This document shows positions 13,702-27,063 of a stretch of 64,000 nucleotides of DNA, piece by piece. Both the position numbers and the translations under genes were made by a program. Each line of letters opens with the position of its first letter. Position 1 is the first letter of the stretch. A model generated the notes under the pieces. That model saw only the letters and a program-made list of their open reading frames with translations, was not told where the DNA came from and made no database searches. The DNA lies in NCBI RefSeq assembly GCF_006345805.1, contig NC_043014.1:14818001-14882000 (forward strand), in the 5' to 3' direction. This DNA is from Octopus sinensis (lineage: Eukaryota).

Positions 13702-15174
13702 CACACACCACATACATACAGACAACTTGCCCAAGGTGCGTGGCACCTTGGGCAAGTGTCTTCTACTATAGCCTTGGGCCGACCAAAGCCTTGTGAGTGG
13801 ATTTGGTAGACAGAAACTGAAGGAAGCCCGCCGTATATATGTATATATTATTTTGTGTGTCTGTGTTTGTGTCACCTACCATCGCTTGACAACCGAAGGT
13901 GGTGTGTTTACGTTCCTGTAACATAGCACTTCGGCAAAAGAGACCAATAGAATAAGTAGTAGGCTTACAAAGAATAAGTCCTGGGGTCGATTTGCTCAAT
14001 TAAAGGCAGTGCTACAACATGGCTGCAGTCAAATGACTGAAACAAGTAAAAGAGTAAAGAGTATATATATATATATATATATATTATATATTGGACTTTC
14101 ACACAGTTTCTACTGAAGTCAGTCATAAGAAATTATTCAGCCTGGGGATATAAGTTGAAGACACTTGATCAAGATACCATAAAGTGGGACTGAACCTAAA
14201 AACATATAGTTGCAAAAGCAACATCCCTAACCACTTAGCCATGCCTGTGCCCTACAATACCCATTAAAAAAAATTAAAAAATAATAAAAAGAGAGATGGT
14301 TATAGCTGGAATACCTTTGATCAATCAAGGATCTGCAGAGGGGACAACCCTAGCATAAAACAACAACAACTATAACAGCACTACAACAACTATAACAGCA
14401 CTGCTATCTCTATCTTCAATGCCATTAATACTGCCAACCATTATTTAATGTGGACACCATTAATGTTAACAGTAACACCAAACCATTAAGCATAGCAACT
14501 AAATCTCTCTTTAATCACTACGACAGGTGGGGAGGGTGGAGGAGGAGAGAAAAAAACACAGCTACAGCTGGAACACATTCTGATCAAGATTGCTCTGGAG
14601 GTTAACCATTATTACCACCATCCTTAACATCCTCACTGCCACCACAAACCACCAAAACACTCCCCCACCCCACTGCTGCCACCGCCACCAGCAACTGTGG
14701 AGGCGCAATGGCCCAGTGGTTAGGGCAGCGGACTCGCGGCCATAAAAACGCAGTTTCAATTCCCAAACCGGGCATTGAGTGTTTATTGAGCAAAAACACC
14801 TAAGCTCCACGAATCTCCGGCGTGGGGTAGTGGTGAACCCCGCTGTACTCTTTCACCACAACTTTCTCTCACTCTTTATTCCTACTTCTGCCACAAAGCA
14901 GAGGAACCATGGTGTAACCCACTATGGTGTGGTAAAACTTTCAGACCCTAGTCTAGATTGCGAATCCTCTGTACCCCAGGATGGTTCAGCTTTCCACCCG
15001 TTAAAAGCCACCGTTTACGGAATGAGGATAACAACGTAGCTTTCGCGCCCGTGCAACCACCAGTCTATCGCGTGTGGTGGGTGGATCTTCAAGTTGCCAC
15101 ACGCATTCTTAGTAGGTTAGAGTAGGCTCGAATTTGAGATTATTCTTTGTGGCTAATGGCGTGAGTCCTGATTG

Positions 15175-15408
15175 GAAGAAGTAGTAGAAGAAGAAGAAGA
15201 AGAAGAAGAAGAAGAAGAAGAAGAAGAAAAAGAAGTAGAAGAAGAAGAAAAAGAAGTAGAAGAAGAAGAAAAAGAAGTAGAAGAAGAAGAAAAAGAAAAA
15301 GAAGAAAAAGAAGAAATAGAAGAAGAAGTAGATGAAGAAGTAGAAGAAAACGAAGAAGAAGAAGAAGTAGTAGAGAAGAAGAAGAAAAAGAAAAAGAAGA
15401 AGAAGTAA
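15175..15408. repeat. Interrupted (GAA)n purine tract
   Basis: About 230 bp of GAA with GTA/AAA interruptions. Confidence 0.97.
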
Positions 15409-17670
15409 CAACTATGTCAGTAAAGCTTACTGTGCTAACAGGAATCATTGAGTGGGATATGATAAATGGCTTTTCTTAAACCACCAATAATCTGTTTGCT
15501 TGTTCACAGTCAATATCCATATATAAGAAAGAAAGGTGTTTCTTATATTACACAAGAAAAGTAATGAAGTGACAGGGGTAGGAAGGAGTGTGGGAGATGC
15601 AGAGGCTGGGATTTCTGTTGTTTTCTGAGAACATGGAGAATATGTGCACAAGGAAACTTCTTTTTTCTCCAAGGCACAAGCTTTCTGTATTGGCACCGGT
15701 GTAGATAGGTACAGGTGTGGCTGCGTGGTTTCTGTTTCAGTGCCACTGAGTGGCATCTTGAACAAATGTCTTCTATGGTAGTTCCAGGTTGACCAAAGCC
15801 TTGTGAGCAGATTTCGGAGACAGAAACTGAAAGAAGCCTGTCCTATATGCTTATATATGTATGGTGTGTGTGTGTACGTGTATATGTGTGTGTGTGTGTA
15901 CATGTGTGTGTTACTGTCCCCTTTTTTGACATTTTGTAATAGTTGTATGACTATTATGCAAGCAGTGATGAAGGGATGTATGTATGTATGTATATATATG
16001 TATGTGTGTGTATCCTTATCTTGACGTCATGTGATTGTTGTAAATTTCCAATATTTTGCAGAAATATATCCAACTATGGGGAAAATATTACCTTGCTTGG
16101 AAACAGGTGAGTGTGTGGAAACATGAAGGGCATCTTGGTCAAAAAATTTGCCTCGCAAAACTCTGTCCAGCTTATTCAAGCATGGAAAAGCGGACAATAA
16201 AATTATGATGATGAAGACCAGTTTCCTCTCTCTATGATAGTGATGTCTAAGAGACAGATTAAGAGCAGAAACAGCTTGGCACTAGGGTTGCCACAGGGAG
16301 TTGCTTTGAGAATGTAAAAAAGTCAGCATAGACACTGCAAAACACCCTGTCTGTTGCATGCTTTCCCAGTTCCAGTAACTCATTACTCCAAGAAAGGCAC
16401 CTGATTTATCAACTCTCAAAAAGATGAAGGGGAGAAGCTGAGCAGAGCAGAATCATAGCAAGGCCATACCCAATGACTTCTACACCATCCTGTATTGATT
16501 TGATTAACCATAACCAGGTTAATCAGAGCACCTCTGCAATTGTCTCTGATGAACACACAGCTCTCCCTACTTTCATATCCTTGGTTTCTTTATCAATCAA
16601 GCTACTGTCATGCATTTACATGCCACTTTCTTGTCTTGCACATCCTCATTATCATCATCATTTAATGTCCGCTTTCCATGCTAGCATGGGTTGGACGATT
16701 TGACTGAGGACTGGGGAACCAGATAGCTGCACCAGGCTCTAATCTGATCTGGCAGAGTTTCTACAGCTGAATGCCCTTCCTAACGCCAACCACTCCGAGA
16801 GTGTAGTGGGTGCTATTATGTGCCACCGGCATGAGGGCCAGTCAGGCGGTACTGGCAATGTCCATGCTTAAATGATGCTTTTTATGTGCCACCTACACAG
16901 GAGCCAGTCCAGCGGCACTGGCAATGACCTCGCTCGAATGTTTCACATGCCACCAGCACAAGTGCTAGTAAGGCAACGCAGGTAACGATCACGCTCGAAT
17001 GGTGTTTTTAACGTGCCATCAGCATGGAGGCCAGCTTGTTGCTCTGGCCACGATCTCACTCGTATGGTACTCTTAGCACTCCACTAGCAATGCTAAATAA
17101 GCCTTTATCATTCTGTATACGCTACATCTGATGCTTCACATTCTCAGTTTTTCTCTCAAATCACTTACACTCTGTCGTATATGCACACCGACATCACCCA
17201 TCCAGTGGAGCATACTAGGTCCATTTGTTTCAAGCGTTCGCATATCCTCAGTAGTCACAACCCATGTCTCAAGGCCATATAACATAGCTGTTCACATACA
17301 GGCATCATACAACCTGCCTTTCACTTTGAGGGAGAGGACCTGTGTTACAAACAGACATAGCAGCTCTCTGAACTTTGCACAGCCTATTCTCATTTACGCT
17401 AACCCTCTTCCTAATTAATTGAGCGATGACCCTTTCTATAACTTACGTCACCTGTGCCAGCAATTTGATGCTGCTGTAATTATTTCTGTCTGGGGCATCC
17501 CCATTGCTTTTGTAGCGGTTGATTATAATGCTGCTACACCAATCGTTGGGCATTACTCCCTCATGGACAACCTGATTAACTATACGGGTGATTAGGTCTT
17601 GTCCCACTCCACCAGACATTTTTATACATGTGTATGTGTGTGTGTGTGTATAAATGTACGTGTGTGTGTG

Positions 17671-17733
<63 letters not shown>

Positions 17734-17744
17734 GCCTCGTGCTA

Positions 17745-18600
17745 GTGGCACGTAAAAAGCACCATCCGATCGTGGCCATTGCCAGCCTCGCCTGGCCTCT
17801 GTGCCAGTGACACATAAAAAGCACCATCCGATCGTGGCCGTTTGCCAGCCTCGTCTGGCACCTGTGCCGGTGGCACATAAAAAGCACCATCTGATCATGG
17901 CCGTTGCCAGCCTCGCCTGGCCTCTGTGCCAGTGGCACATAAAAAGCACCATCCGATCGTGGCCGTTTGCCAGCCTCATCTGGCACCTGTGCCGGTGGCA
18001 CGTAAAAAGCACCATCCGATCGTGGCCATTTGCCAGCCTCGTCTGGCACCTGTGCCGGTGGCACGTAAAAAGCACCATCCGATCGTGGCCGTTTGCCAGC
18101 CTCGTCTGGCACGTAAAAAGCACCATCCGATCGTGGTCGTTTGCCAGCCCGTCTGACTGACACTGTGCCGGTGGACGTAAAAAGCACATCCGATCGGGCC
18201 GTTTGCCAGCCTCGTCGGCACCTGTGCCGGTGGCACGTAAAAAGCACCATCCGATCGTGGCCGTTTGCTAGCCTCGTCTGGCACCTGTGCCGGTGGCACA
18301 TAAAAAGCACCATCCGATCGTGGTCGTTTGCCAGCCTCGCCTGGCACCCGTGCTGGTGGCACATAAAAAGCACCATCCGATCGTGGACGTTTGCCAGCCT
18401 CGTCTGGCACCTGTGCCGGTGGCACGTAAAAAGCACCCACTACACTCATGGAGTGGTTGGCATTAGGAAGGGCATCCAGCTGTAGAAGCATTGCCAGATC
18501 AGACTGGACCTGGTGCAGCCTTCTGGCTTCCCAGACCCCAGTTGAACCGTCCAACCCATGCCAGCATGGAAAGCAGACGCTAAACGATGATGATGATGAT
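17745..18600 (+). repeat. RTE 3'-UTR copy with ~11 tandem 62-63-bp units
   Basis: Unit GTGGCACGTAAAAAGCACCATCCGATCGTGGCCGTTTGCCAGCCTCGTCTGGCACCTGTGCCG at 17745, 17807, 17870, 17932, 17995, 18058 and onward. Followed by the standard UTR end and a (TGA)n tail. Confidence 0.93.
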
Positions 18601-21256
18601 GTATGTATGTAATACACACATACATACACACACATATGTTGAACTGAGTGGTTAATGTCTCTAAGTAACTGCTGTAGACAGTAGTAGCAGCTCACCATGG
18701 CAGAGGAAGTAGACGATGGTTGGCGTTATCGTGTTATTTGTCAACAAGCAGCCAGACAATGCAGTAACACTGTGTACAAGACAAGTGGCAGATGTCAGTG
18801 ATAAATTACAATGTTTGGTGCAATTATTGGAATTGTCACTTATTAACCAGTTCAGTCTAAGAAAGTATGAAGACTGATTTACATCCGTTGGTGTTGTTCC
18901 AAGACAGACAAACCAGCAGAATTTCCAGAGCGTCAAACATGCTGCCTTTGTGGTATTTGACCTGCTAAGGTGGCAAGCTGGCAGAATCGTTAGCACGCCG
19001 GGCAGAATGCCTAGCGGTATTTCGTCTGCGTTACGTTGTGAGTTCGAATTCCGCCGAGGTCGACTTTGCCTTTCATCCTTTTGGGGTCGATAAATTAAGT
19101 ACCAGTTACGCACTGGGGTCGATGTAATCGACTTAATACCTATGTCTGTCCTTGTTTGTCCCCTCTGTGTTTAGCCCCTGTGGGTAATAAAGAAATAGGT
19201 ATTTGACCTGCTTCTCTGCAATCAAGAAGGTGACGAGGAAGTGCTGTTATGCAAAGCTGCTCAACAGGGAGAATACACAGGATGAAAAAGGGACTCTGTT
19301 ATACTGACCCTACTGAGTTGATAGCAATGTGGTAAATAAAGCAATCATGAACATGAAGGGATGGGAAGCTGTAGGTCCCTCAGGAATAACTGCAGAGATG
19401 CTCAAAATATCTCATGTGATACAGCATATGATAACCATCTGTAATCAAATTGTACCTGATGCTGTCTGACCCTAAGACTGGAGAAGCAATATCATTATTC
19501 TTTTACTCTTTACTTGTTTCAGTCATTTGACTGCGGCCATGCTGGAGCACCACCTTTAGTCAAGCACATCGACCCCAGGACTTATTCTTTGTAAGCCTAG
19601 AATTTATTCTATCAGTCTCTTTTGCTGAACTGCTAAGTTACGGGGATGTAAATACACCAGCATCGGTTGTCAAGCGATATTGGGGAGACAAACACAGACA
19701 CACAAACATATACACACACATAGGCGCGGGAGAGGCTGTGTGGTAAATAGCTTGCTTACCAACCACATTGTTCCAGATTCAGTCCCACTGCGTGGCACCT
19801 TGGGCAAGTGTCTTCTACTATAGCCTTGGGCCAAGGCTATATACATATATACGACAGGTTTCTTTCAGTTTCCGTCTACCAAACCCACTCACAAGATAAA
19901 GATAAAGGAGATGCATTAGAGAGAAACAACTAAACTGGCACTAGTAGTCTGGTTCCTCTTTAGTTACTAAACTGGCACTCCATCGGTTATGATGACGAGG
20001 CTTCTAGTTGATCGGATCAATGAAACAGCCTACTCATGAAATTAACCATGCAGGTGATTGAGCATCCTACAGACACACATAACCTTGTTTGCTCCTTCTT
20101 GAGCCATGCCTGGCTCATAAGGGCCGGTTTCTCGGTTTCCTTGGCATATAGGTTCCCCACCTGGACGGGACGCCAGTTCGTCGCAGGTGAGCCGCATGAT
20201 GCAGGAGGAAAGAGTGAGAGAAAGTTGTGGCGAAAGAGTCAGCATAAGTTCACCATTATCTTCTGCTGGAGCCGCGTGGAGCTTAGGTGTTTTGCTCATA
20301 AACACACACATCGCCCGGTCTGAGATTCGAACCTGAGATCCCTCGACTGCGAGTTCGCTGCTCTAACCACTAGACCATGTGCCTCTACACACATAACCTT
20401 AACATAGTTCTCAAGGGAGATTCAGCATGACACAGAATGCAACAAGGCTGGCCCTTTGAATTTCAAGTACAATTCAATCTTGTAAGCTGAGTGGACTGGA
20501 GCAATGAGAATTTAAGTTTCTTGCTCAATGGCACAACGTGCCACCAGGAATTGAATTCACTGGTGATCAGAATACCCTCACCACTAAGCCATGTGCCGTC
20601 ACAAGAGAGAAGCAACTACAGAGGAATCAAGATACTAGATTAGTATGAAGGTCATAGAAGGGGTCAAGACCCGATAGGATGAGGTTTAGCTTTGTCACAA
20701 GAGAAGGCACCAAAGATGCATATTTCTTAGTGAGGCAATTGCAGGAGAAATACTTGGCTAAGAATAAACCACCATTTCTGGCTTTGACTGATTTGGAGAA
20801 AACATTTGACAAAGTACCATAATTAGTAATTTGATGGTCAACGAGGAAACTAGATGTAGATGAATGGCTTGTGAGGTCTGTACAAGCTTTGTACAAATAG
20901 GCAGTAAGTAAAGTGAGGGACGACAAAGATTTCAGTAAAAAATTTGACATGGGGCAGAAGTAGTCTATGAAGGTTAAACCTCAGCTCCCTTATATTGGTC
21001 ATAGTCCTAAAGACTAACACAGAATGATTTAAGACTGGATGGCCATGGAAACTCCTACAAGCTGAGGATCTAGTCCTCAGGGCTGAATCTATAGTGGAAT
21101 TAATGGGGAAATTCCAAGCATGGTAATTAAACCTAGAATTGAGAGGTGTTAAAGTAAATTTAGCAAAGACAAAGGTTTCAGCAAGTAGGAAAGAAGACAG
21201 AACCCTATTCTCTTCAAGGAAACAAACTTGCTTGATATGCAGAAAAGGAGTAGATA

Positions 21257-21929
21257 ACATTATTTACATTCGACGGATATTTGTCCTCATCTTGTTTGTT
21301 GTTAACACAACGTTTCGGCTGATATACCCTCCAGCCTTCATCAGGTGTCTTGGGGAAATTTTGAATCTGGGTTCTCATTCCTAAGGTATTTTTCAATGTT
21401 ATTATTATTATTGTTGTTATTGTTCAAGTCACTGCTTGGAATCAAACTTGGAATCTTGGGGTTAGTAGCCTGCGCTCTTAACCATTACGCCATATGCCTG
21501 TGGGCAATTATGGAGTGAATTTTAGGGCTTGTAAATCTAATATTTTTCTATCCTTCCTTAATACTGATTCCTATATGCTGCTCACATCTGCACTTGGTCT
21601 GCTTAGGAGATTGTTGTGTCCTAGCATATGTGCTGCTTCTTTTAGTTTCCAGTGGCATTCTCTATCTATTATTTTAACTTCACCCCACAGGGGGAGGTGG
21701 TCTCCATTTTTCCATACATGATCAGCTATACCCGATTTATCAATATTTCCTCATGTCACAGCTTTGCAATGTTCGTCTACACTTATATTGAGGGGTGGCA
21801 TGTTTCGCCTTTGTATAACCTACCACAGCTGTATGGGATGGAGTACACGCAGTCTTTGGCCATATTCTCTTCTATTGGTGGTTTTACTCAAATGAGATAT
21901 TTGCGAAGTGTTGTATTACTCTTGAAAAC
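21257..21929 (-). mobile_element. Penelope element 3' end: GIY-YIG remnant, tRNA-like cassette, (AAT)n and minimal hammerhead (family E), inserted in an RTE LINE
   Basis: Minus-strand translation VFKSNTTLRKYL...CVYSIPYSCGRLYKGET...EH...KSGIADHVW...KLKEA, with stops and a shift, ends at TAA 21508. The RTE frame ...CRKGVD / NSIHCT*CKLWTHKRC is split across the two flanks. Confidence 0.85.
21304..21349 (-). ncRNA. Minimal type I hammerhead motif (family E)
   Basis: GACAC-CTGATGA-A-GGCTG-loop-CAGCC-GAAAC-GTT-GTGTT. Stem III is the loopless palindrome AACGTT, typical of dimer-dependent PLE hammerheads. Confidence 0.75.
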
Positions 21930-23049
21930 TCCATACACTGTACTTGATGTAAGCTATGGACACACAAGAGATGTACTCTTTTACTCTTTTACTTGTTTCA
22001 GTCATTTGACTGCGGCGATGCTGGAGCACCGCCTTCAGTCGAGCAAATCAATCCCAGGACTTATTCTTTGTAAGCCTAGTACTTACTCTATAGGTCTCTT
22101 TTGCCGAACCGCTAAGTTACGGGGACGTAAAAAACCAACATCGGTTGTCAAGCGATGTTGGGGGGACAAACACAAACACACATATATACATATATACGAC
22201 AGGCTTCTTTCAGTTTCTGTCTACCAAATCCACTCACAAGGCTTTGGTCGGCCCGAGGCTATAGTAGAAAACACTTGCCCAAGGTGCCATGCAGTGGGAC
22301 TGAACTCAGAACCATGTGGTTCGTAAGCAAGCTACTTACCACACCGCCACTCCTATGCCTGTAGTGAAATTACTGGCAGACTAACAGAGAAAGTAAGCTA
22401 CATGTGCAACAGATGCTCTGGAGCAATACGTAGCAGTATCACTCTTAAATATCTGGCTGGCTCACTAGAAGTAGTTGATAGCTTTTGTTACCTAGGAGAC
22501 TTAACCAGCAAGGGAAATAGTCGCTCTGAAGATATGGTAGCCAGAGGAAGAATGGATTGGAGAGAGGACAAAGAGCTTCTATCACTGTGACAAAAGAAAT
22601 CTTTTCCCGAAGAACAAAAGGTAGGTTGTATGATGCTTGTATTAAAACTGCAATAACAATAATGATGATGATGATGATAATGGTTTCAAATTTTGGCACA
22701 AGGCCAGCAATTTTGGGATAAGGGAGAAGTCAATTACATTGACCCCCAATGTTCAACTGATACTTATTTTATTGACCCCCAAAAGGATGAAAGGCAAATT
22801 TGACTCTGATGGAATTTGAACTCTGAATGTAAAGATGGACGAAATGCTGTTGTTTTCCCAGGGTGCTAAAAATTCTGCCAGCTCACCACTTTAATAATAA
22901 TAAATAACAATAATAATAATAATAATAATAATTAATAATAATAATAATAATAATTAATAATAATGATTCTTTCTTTAATGGCCTCAAGGGCCATAAAAAT
23001 AATGAGGACAATACAAAGGACAGTGGGGGTTTACATGGAAACAAAAAGA

Positions 23050-23080
<31 letters not shown>

Positions 23081-24301
23081 AGTAGTAGTAGTAGTAGTAG
23101 TAGTAAGTAGTAGTAGTAGTAGTAGCAGCAGCAGCAGTAGTAGTAGTAGTAGAAGTAGTAGTAGTAGTAGTAGTACAGCAACTAATCTTGTTTATACATT
23201 CTGTAAAGGTTTTGGATGAAGAAAGCCACAATTTAACAAAATCGTAGCATACATTGATTTGTCAGCTGAAGAACCTGATACGAAATTAAATAACTATGGC
23301 AGAATTGTTCTTTATCCAATGCAAACGCATGTTATGATTTATAATTCTATTCCCATTTTATTTTATGTTTATGCTGCAATTGGTTTCCAATAATTCAGAC
23401 ATTCACAGCAACAGAAAAGATGGTTCGGTGCCAAGTATTTTGCATAGCACAAACTTCTAAACCATATTGTAAAATAGTAGCAATGGAATTTTGAAACCAA
23501 TGGCTGAAACTAAAAAAACCTCAATTGCCAGCTTTACCTCCATGAAAAACTGCAGTGTCTATCAACAGGAAATATGAACTATCCTATTGCTGCCACCGGA
23601 GGTAATCTCTCCTGAGGAACTTCAAACTACTAGCTGCCGACAACCAAGATATATCACCTTAAAACTGACTGATTCTCAATCAAGATAGGATTCCCAGCCA
23701 TCAATGCCTACACAGACTGAGGGTTTCATTTCATGAATTTTCTTTATTTTTTGCATATTTAGACAGAAAAATGGAAACAGTATTCGAAGCTCTTTCAGCC
23801 ATTTGTTTGGAGATATCTCTTATGGATGTACTGTGTTGGCAGTGCGTACATGCCACTGACAAAGCCCAATGAGAGAGAAATGTGTATCTAGTAATCCCAC
23901 TGCTGCTGTTGGGAGACTCTTGTCTGTTAATAATATTCTTTCACCCTTTTACTTGTTTCAGTCATTAGACTACAGCCAGGCTGGAGCACTGACTTAAAGG
24001 GTTTTAGTCAAAGAAATCAAGCTCAGGACTTATTCTTTGTAAGCCTAATACTTATTTTATTAGTCTCTTTTGCCAAACTGCTAGATTACAAGGACGTAAA
24101 CACACCAACATTGGTTGTCAAATGATAGTGTGGGGGACAAACACAGACACATATATAGGCATAGGTGCGGCTGTGTGGTAAGAAGCTTGCTTCTCAACCA
24201 CGTAGTTCCGGGTTCAATCCCACTGCATAGCACTTTGGACAACTGTCTTCTACTATAGCCTCAGGACTTATTCTTTGTAAGCATAGTATATATATGTATA
24301 C

Positions 24302-24348
<47 letters not shown>

Positions 24349-24477
24349 CATATACATATATATACATATATACATATATATACATATATATACATATATA
24401 CATATACATATATACATATACATATACATACATATACATATACATACACATACATTCTCTTCCCGTCTGTCTTGATA

Positions 24478-24955
24478 GACAATGGGTCGCGCCAAGGGTG
24501 GGGCCTACTTTGATGATGAGCAGTGTCTGCTGTGACTGAACAGTCCAATTCTAGAGTGGCAGTCCCTGGTACAGTTGCTGCACACGAACATCGATGGGTA
24601 CGTGTGGGGTGTTGCTGCAGTTGTCCTCCTCCTGTCCCGCCTGTCCGACCACAGCTGTGCTCTCCTTTCCTCAGCCATGGAAACGCCTTTCCTCACTGTC
24701 CGACGCCAGGCAGAGCGGTCAGCAGCTGTTACCTCCCACGTGTCCACACAGATGTTGGCAGTCCTCAGGTCGCGCTTGCACACATCCCTGTATCATAGCT
24801 GTGGACGTCCCTTGGGTCGGGATCCCGTGGTGAGTTCGCTGTACAGGATGTCTTTAGGCATGCGACCGTCCTGCATGCGGCAGACGTGTCCGAGCCAGCG
24901 CAGTCGTCTCCGCACGAGGAGGGCATGCATGCTTGGCATATTAGTCTGTACTAGG
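24478..24955 (-). mobile_element. 3' end of a BovB/RTE-like LINE, apparently young
   Basis: Stop-free RRLRWLGHVCRMQDGRMPKDILYSEL...GRPQLRYRDVCKRDL...[19 protein letters not shown]. CpG-rich, inserted in a TA/TACA microsatellite. Confidence 0.9.
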
Positions 24956-25084
24956 ATACATATACATATATATATATATATATATATTTACCCTTATTTG
25001 TAATTGCTAATAATTTTCACCTTTAAAGGTATTTTTAATATGCTGGCCACTTTGATGAAATTTTTGGAAAAACGTTTATCCTAT

Positions 25085-26400
25085 CATCATCATCATCGTT
25101 TAACGTCCGTTTTCCGCGCTAGCACGGGTTGGACGGTTCGACCGGGGTCTGGGGAGCCAGGGGCTGCCCCAGGCTCCAGTCTGATCTGGCAGTGTTTCTA
25201 CAGCTGGATGCCCTTCCTAATGCCAACCACTCCGCGAGTGTAGTGGGTGCTTTTTACGTGCCACCTGCACAGGTGCCAGAGGGGTCTGGCATCGGTCACG
25301 ATCAGTTGGTGCTTTTTTTTTTTTGTGCTACCGGCGCAGCAGAAGCCAGTCAAGGCGGTGCTGGCATCGGTCACATTCGGATGGTGCTTTTTATGTGCCA
25401 CTGGCACAGAAGCCATTCGAGGCGGGGTTGGCATCGGTCACGTTCGGATGGTGCTTTTTATGTGCCACCGGCACAGAAGCCAGTGGAGGCTGCACTGGCA
25501 ACAGCTACGTTTGGATGGTGCTTTTTATGTGTCACCGGCACAGGTATCACAACTACTACTGTTTCCATTGATATTTGGTTCGATGTTCATGTACATGCAC
25601 TTGACTCAACAGGTCTCCTCAAGCACAGCGAGATGTTCTGGGATCTCACGATCGGTTGGTGCTTTTTATGTGCCACCGGCACAGAAGCCAGTCGGGGTGG
25701 TGCTGGCACTGGCCACGTTCGGATGTTGCTTTTTATGTGCCACCGGCACAGAAGCCAGTGGAGGCTGCACTGGCAACGGCCTCGTTCGGACGGTGCTTTA
25801 TATGTGTCACCGGCACAGGTATCACAACTACTGTTTCCATTGATATTTGGTTCGATATTCATGTGCCACCGGCACAGAAGCCATTCGAGGCAGGGTTGGC
25901 ATCGGTCACGTTCGGATGGTGCTTTTTATGTGCCACCGGCACAGAAGCCATTCGAGGCGGGGTTGGCATAGGTCACGTTCGGATGGTGCTTTTTATGTGC
26001 CACTGGCACAGAAGCCAGTGGAGGCTGCACTGGCAACGGCCACGTTCGGATGGTGCTTTTTAAGTGTCACCGGCACAGGTATCACAACTACTGTTTCCAT
26101 TGATATTTGGCTCGATGTTCAGGTGCCACCGGCACAGGTATCACAACTACTGTTTCCATTGATATTTGGTTCGATGGTGCTTTTTATGTGTCACCGGCAC
26201 AGGTATCACAACTACTGTTTCCATTGATATTTGGTTCGCTGTTCATGTGCCACCGGCACAGGAGCCATTCGAGGCGGGGTTGGCTTCGGTCACGTTCAGA
26301 TGGAGCTTTTTATGTGCTACTGGCACAGAAGCCAGTGGAGGCTGCACTGGCGACAGCCACGATCAGATGGTGCTTTCTATGTGTCACCGGCACAGGTATC
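25085..26400 (-). repeat. RTE 3'-UTR copy with a higher-order array of three unit types (~58-66 bp)
   Basis: Units containing GCCATTCGAGGCGGGG, GCCAGTGGAGGCTGCAC and GGTATCACAACTACTG recur in roughly A-B-C order. Confidence 0.9.
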
Positions 26401-26405
26401 TAGAA

Positions 26406-26459
<54 letters not shown>

Positions 26460-27063
26460 CAGGCTTCTTTCAGTTTCCATCTACCAAATTCACTCACAAG
26501 GCTTTGATTGGCCTAAGACACTTGCCCAAGGTACCACACAGTGGGACTGAAGCCAGAACCATGTGGTTGGGAAGCAAGATTCTTACCACACAACCACTTG
26601 TGTTTTCAGACATAGTACATCCATAAGAGATATTATCTCTAGATGAAAACTGCAATTATTTTGCTTTTGCATGATGTATCAGCATTAAGTATGATATACG
26701 GATGGCTAGTTTACTCTAACACTGCTTCTGTTTCACAACCCATGGCAGCATGGAACATGATTGGTAAATGAATGTATATATATATATTTTTTACTTGCTT
26801 CCGTCATTTGACTGCAGCCATGCTTGAGCACCGCCTTTAGTTGAGGAAATCAACTCCATTACTTATTCTTTGTAAGATAGTCTTCTTTCAGCTTCCATCT
26901 ACCAAATCCACTCACAGGGCTTTGGTCAGCATGAGGCTATAGTAGAAGACAGTTGTCCAAAGTGGTATGCAGTGGGATTGAACCTGGAACTACGTGGTTG
27001 AGAAGCAAGCTTCTTACCACACAGCCACACCTATGCCTATATATATATATATACACACACACA

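Larger units (their letters stand above)
19200..22655 (+). mobile_element. Long decayed copy of the same RTE family, interrupted by several SINEs and the Penelope fragment
   Basis: Remnants GKAVGPSGITAEML (~19370), DAYFLVRQLQEKY...DLEKTFDKVP (~20720-20820), VNLAKTK (~21160) and VDSFCYLGD (~22480). Confidence 0.7.

Noticed and set aside
15109-15448. Poly-Glu/Lys ORF
   Set aside because: Translation of the GAA tract; no splice or homology support.
16543-16560. CTGATGA as a hammerhead core (similar hits at YADD codons near 36645 and 60505)
   Set aside because: No stem II or GAAA follows; the latter two are RT coding sequence.
21652-22326. 224-aa plus-strand ORF
   Set aside because: A chimera of antisense Penelope, RTE and SINE sequence.
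1481-26400. Tandem arrays (67 bp at 1.5 kb, 63 bp at 17.7 kb, ABC at 25.3 kb) as CRISPR arrays
   Set aside because: No unique spacers, no cas genes and a eukaryotic intron context; two of the arrays derive from a LINE 3' UTR.
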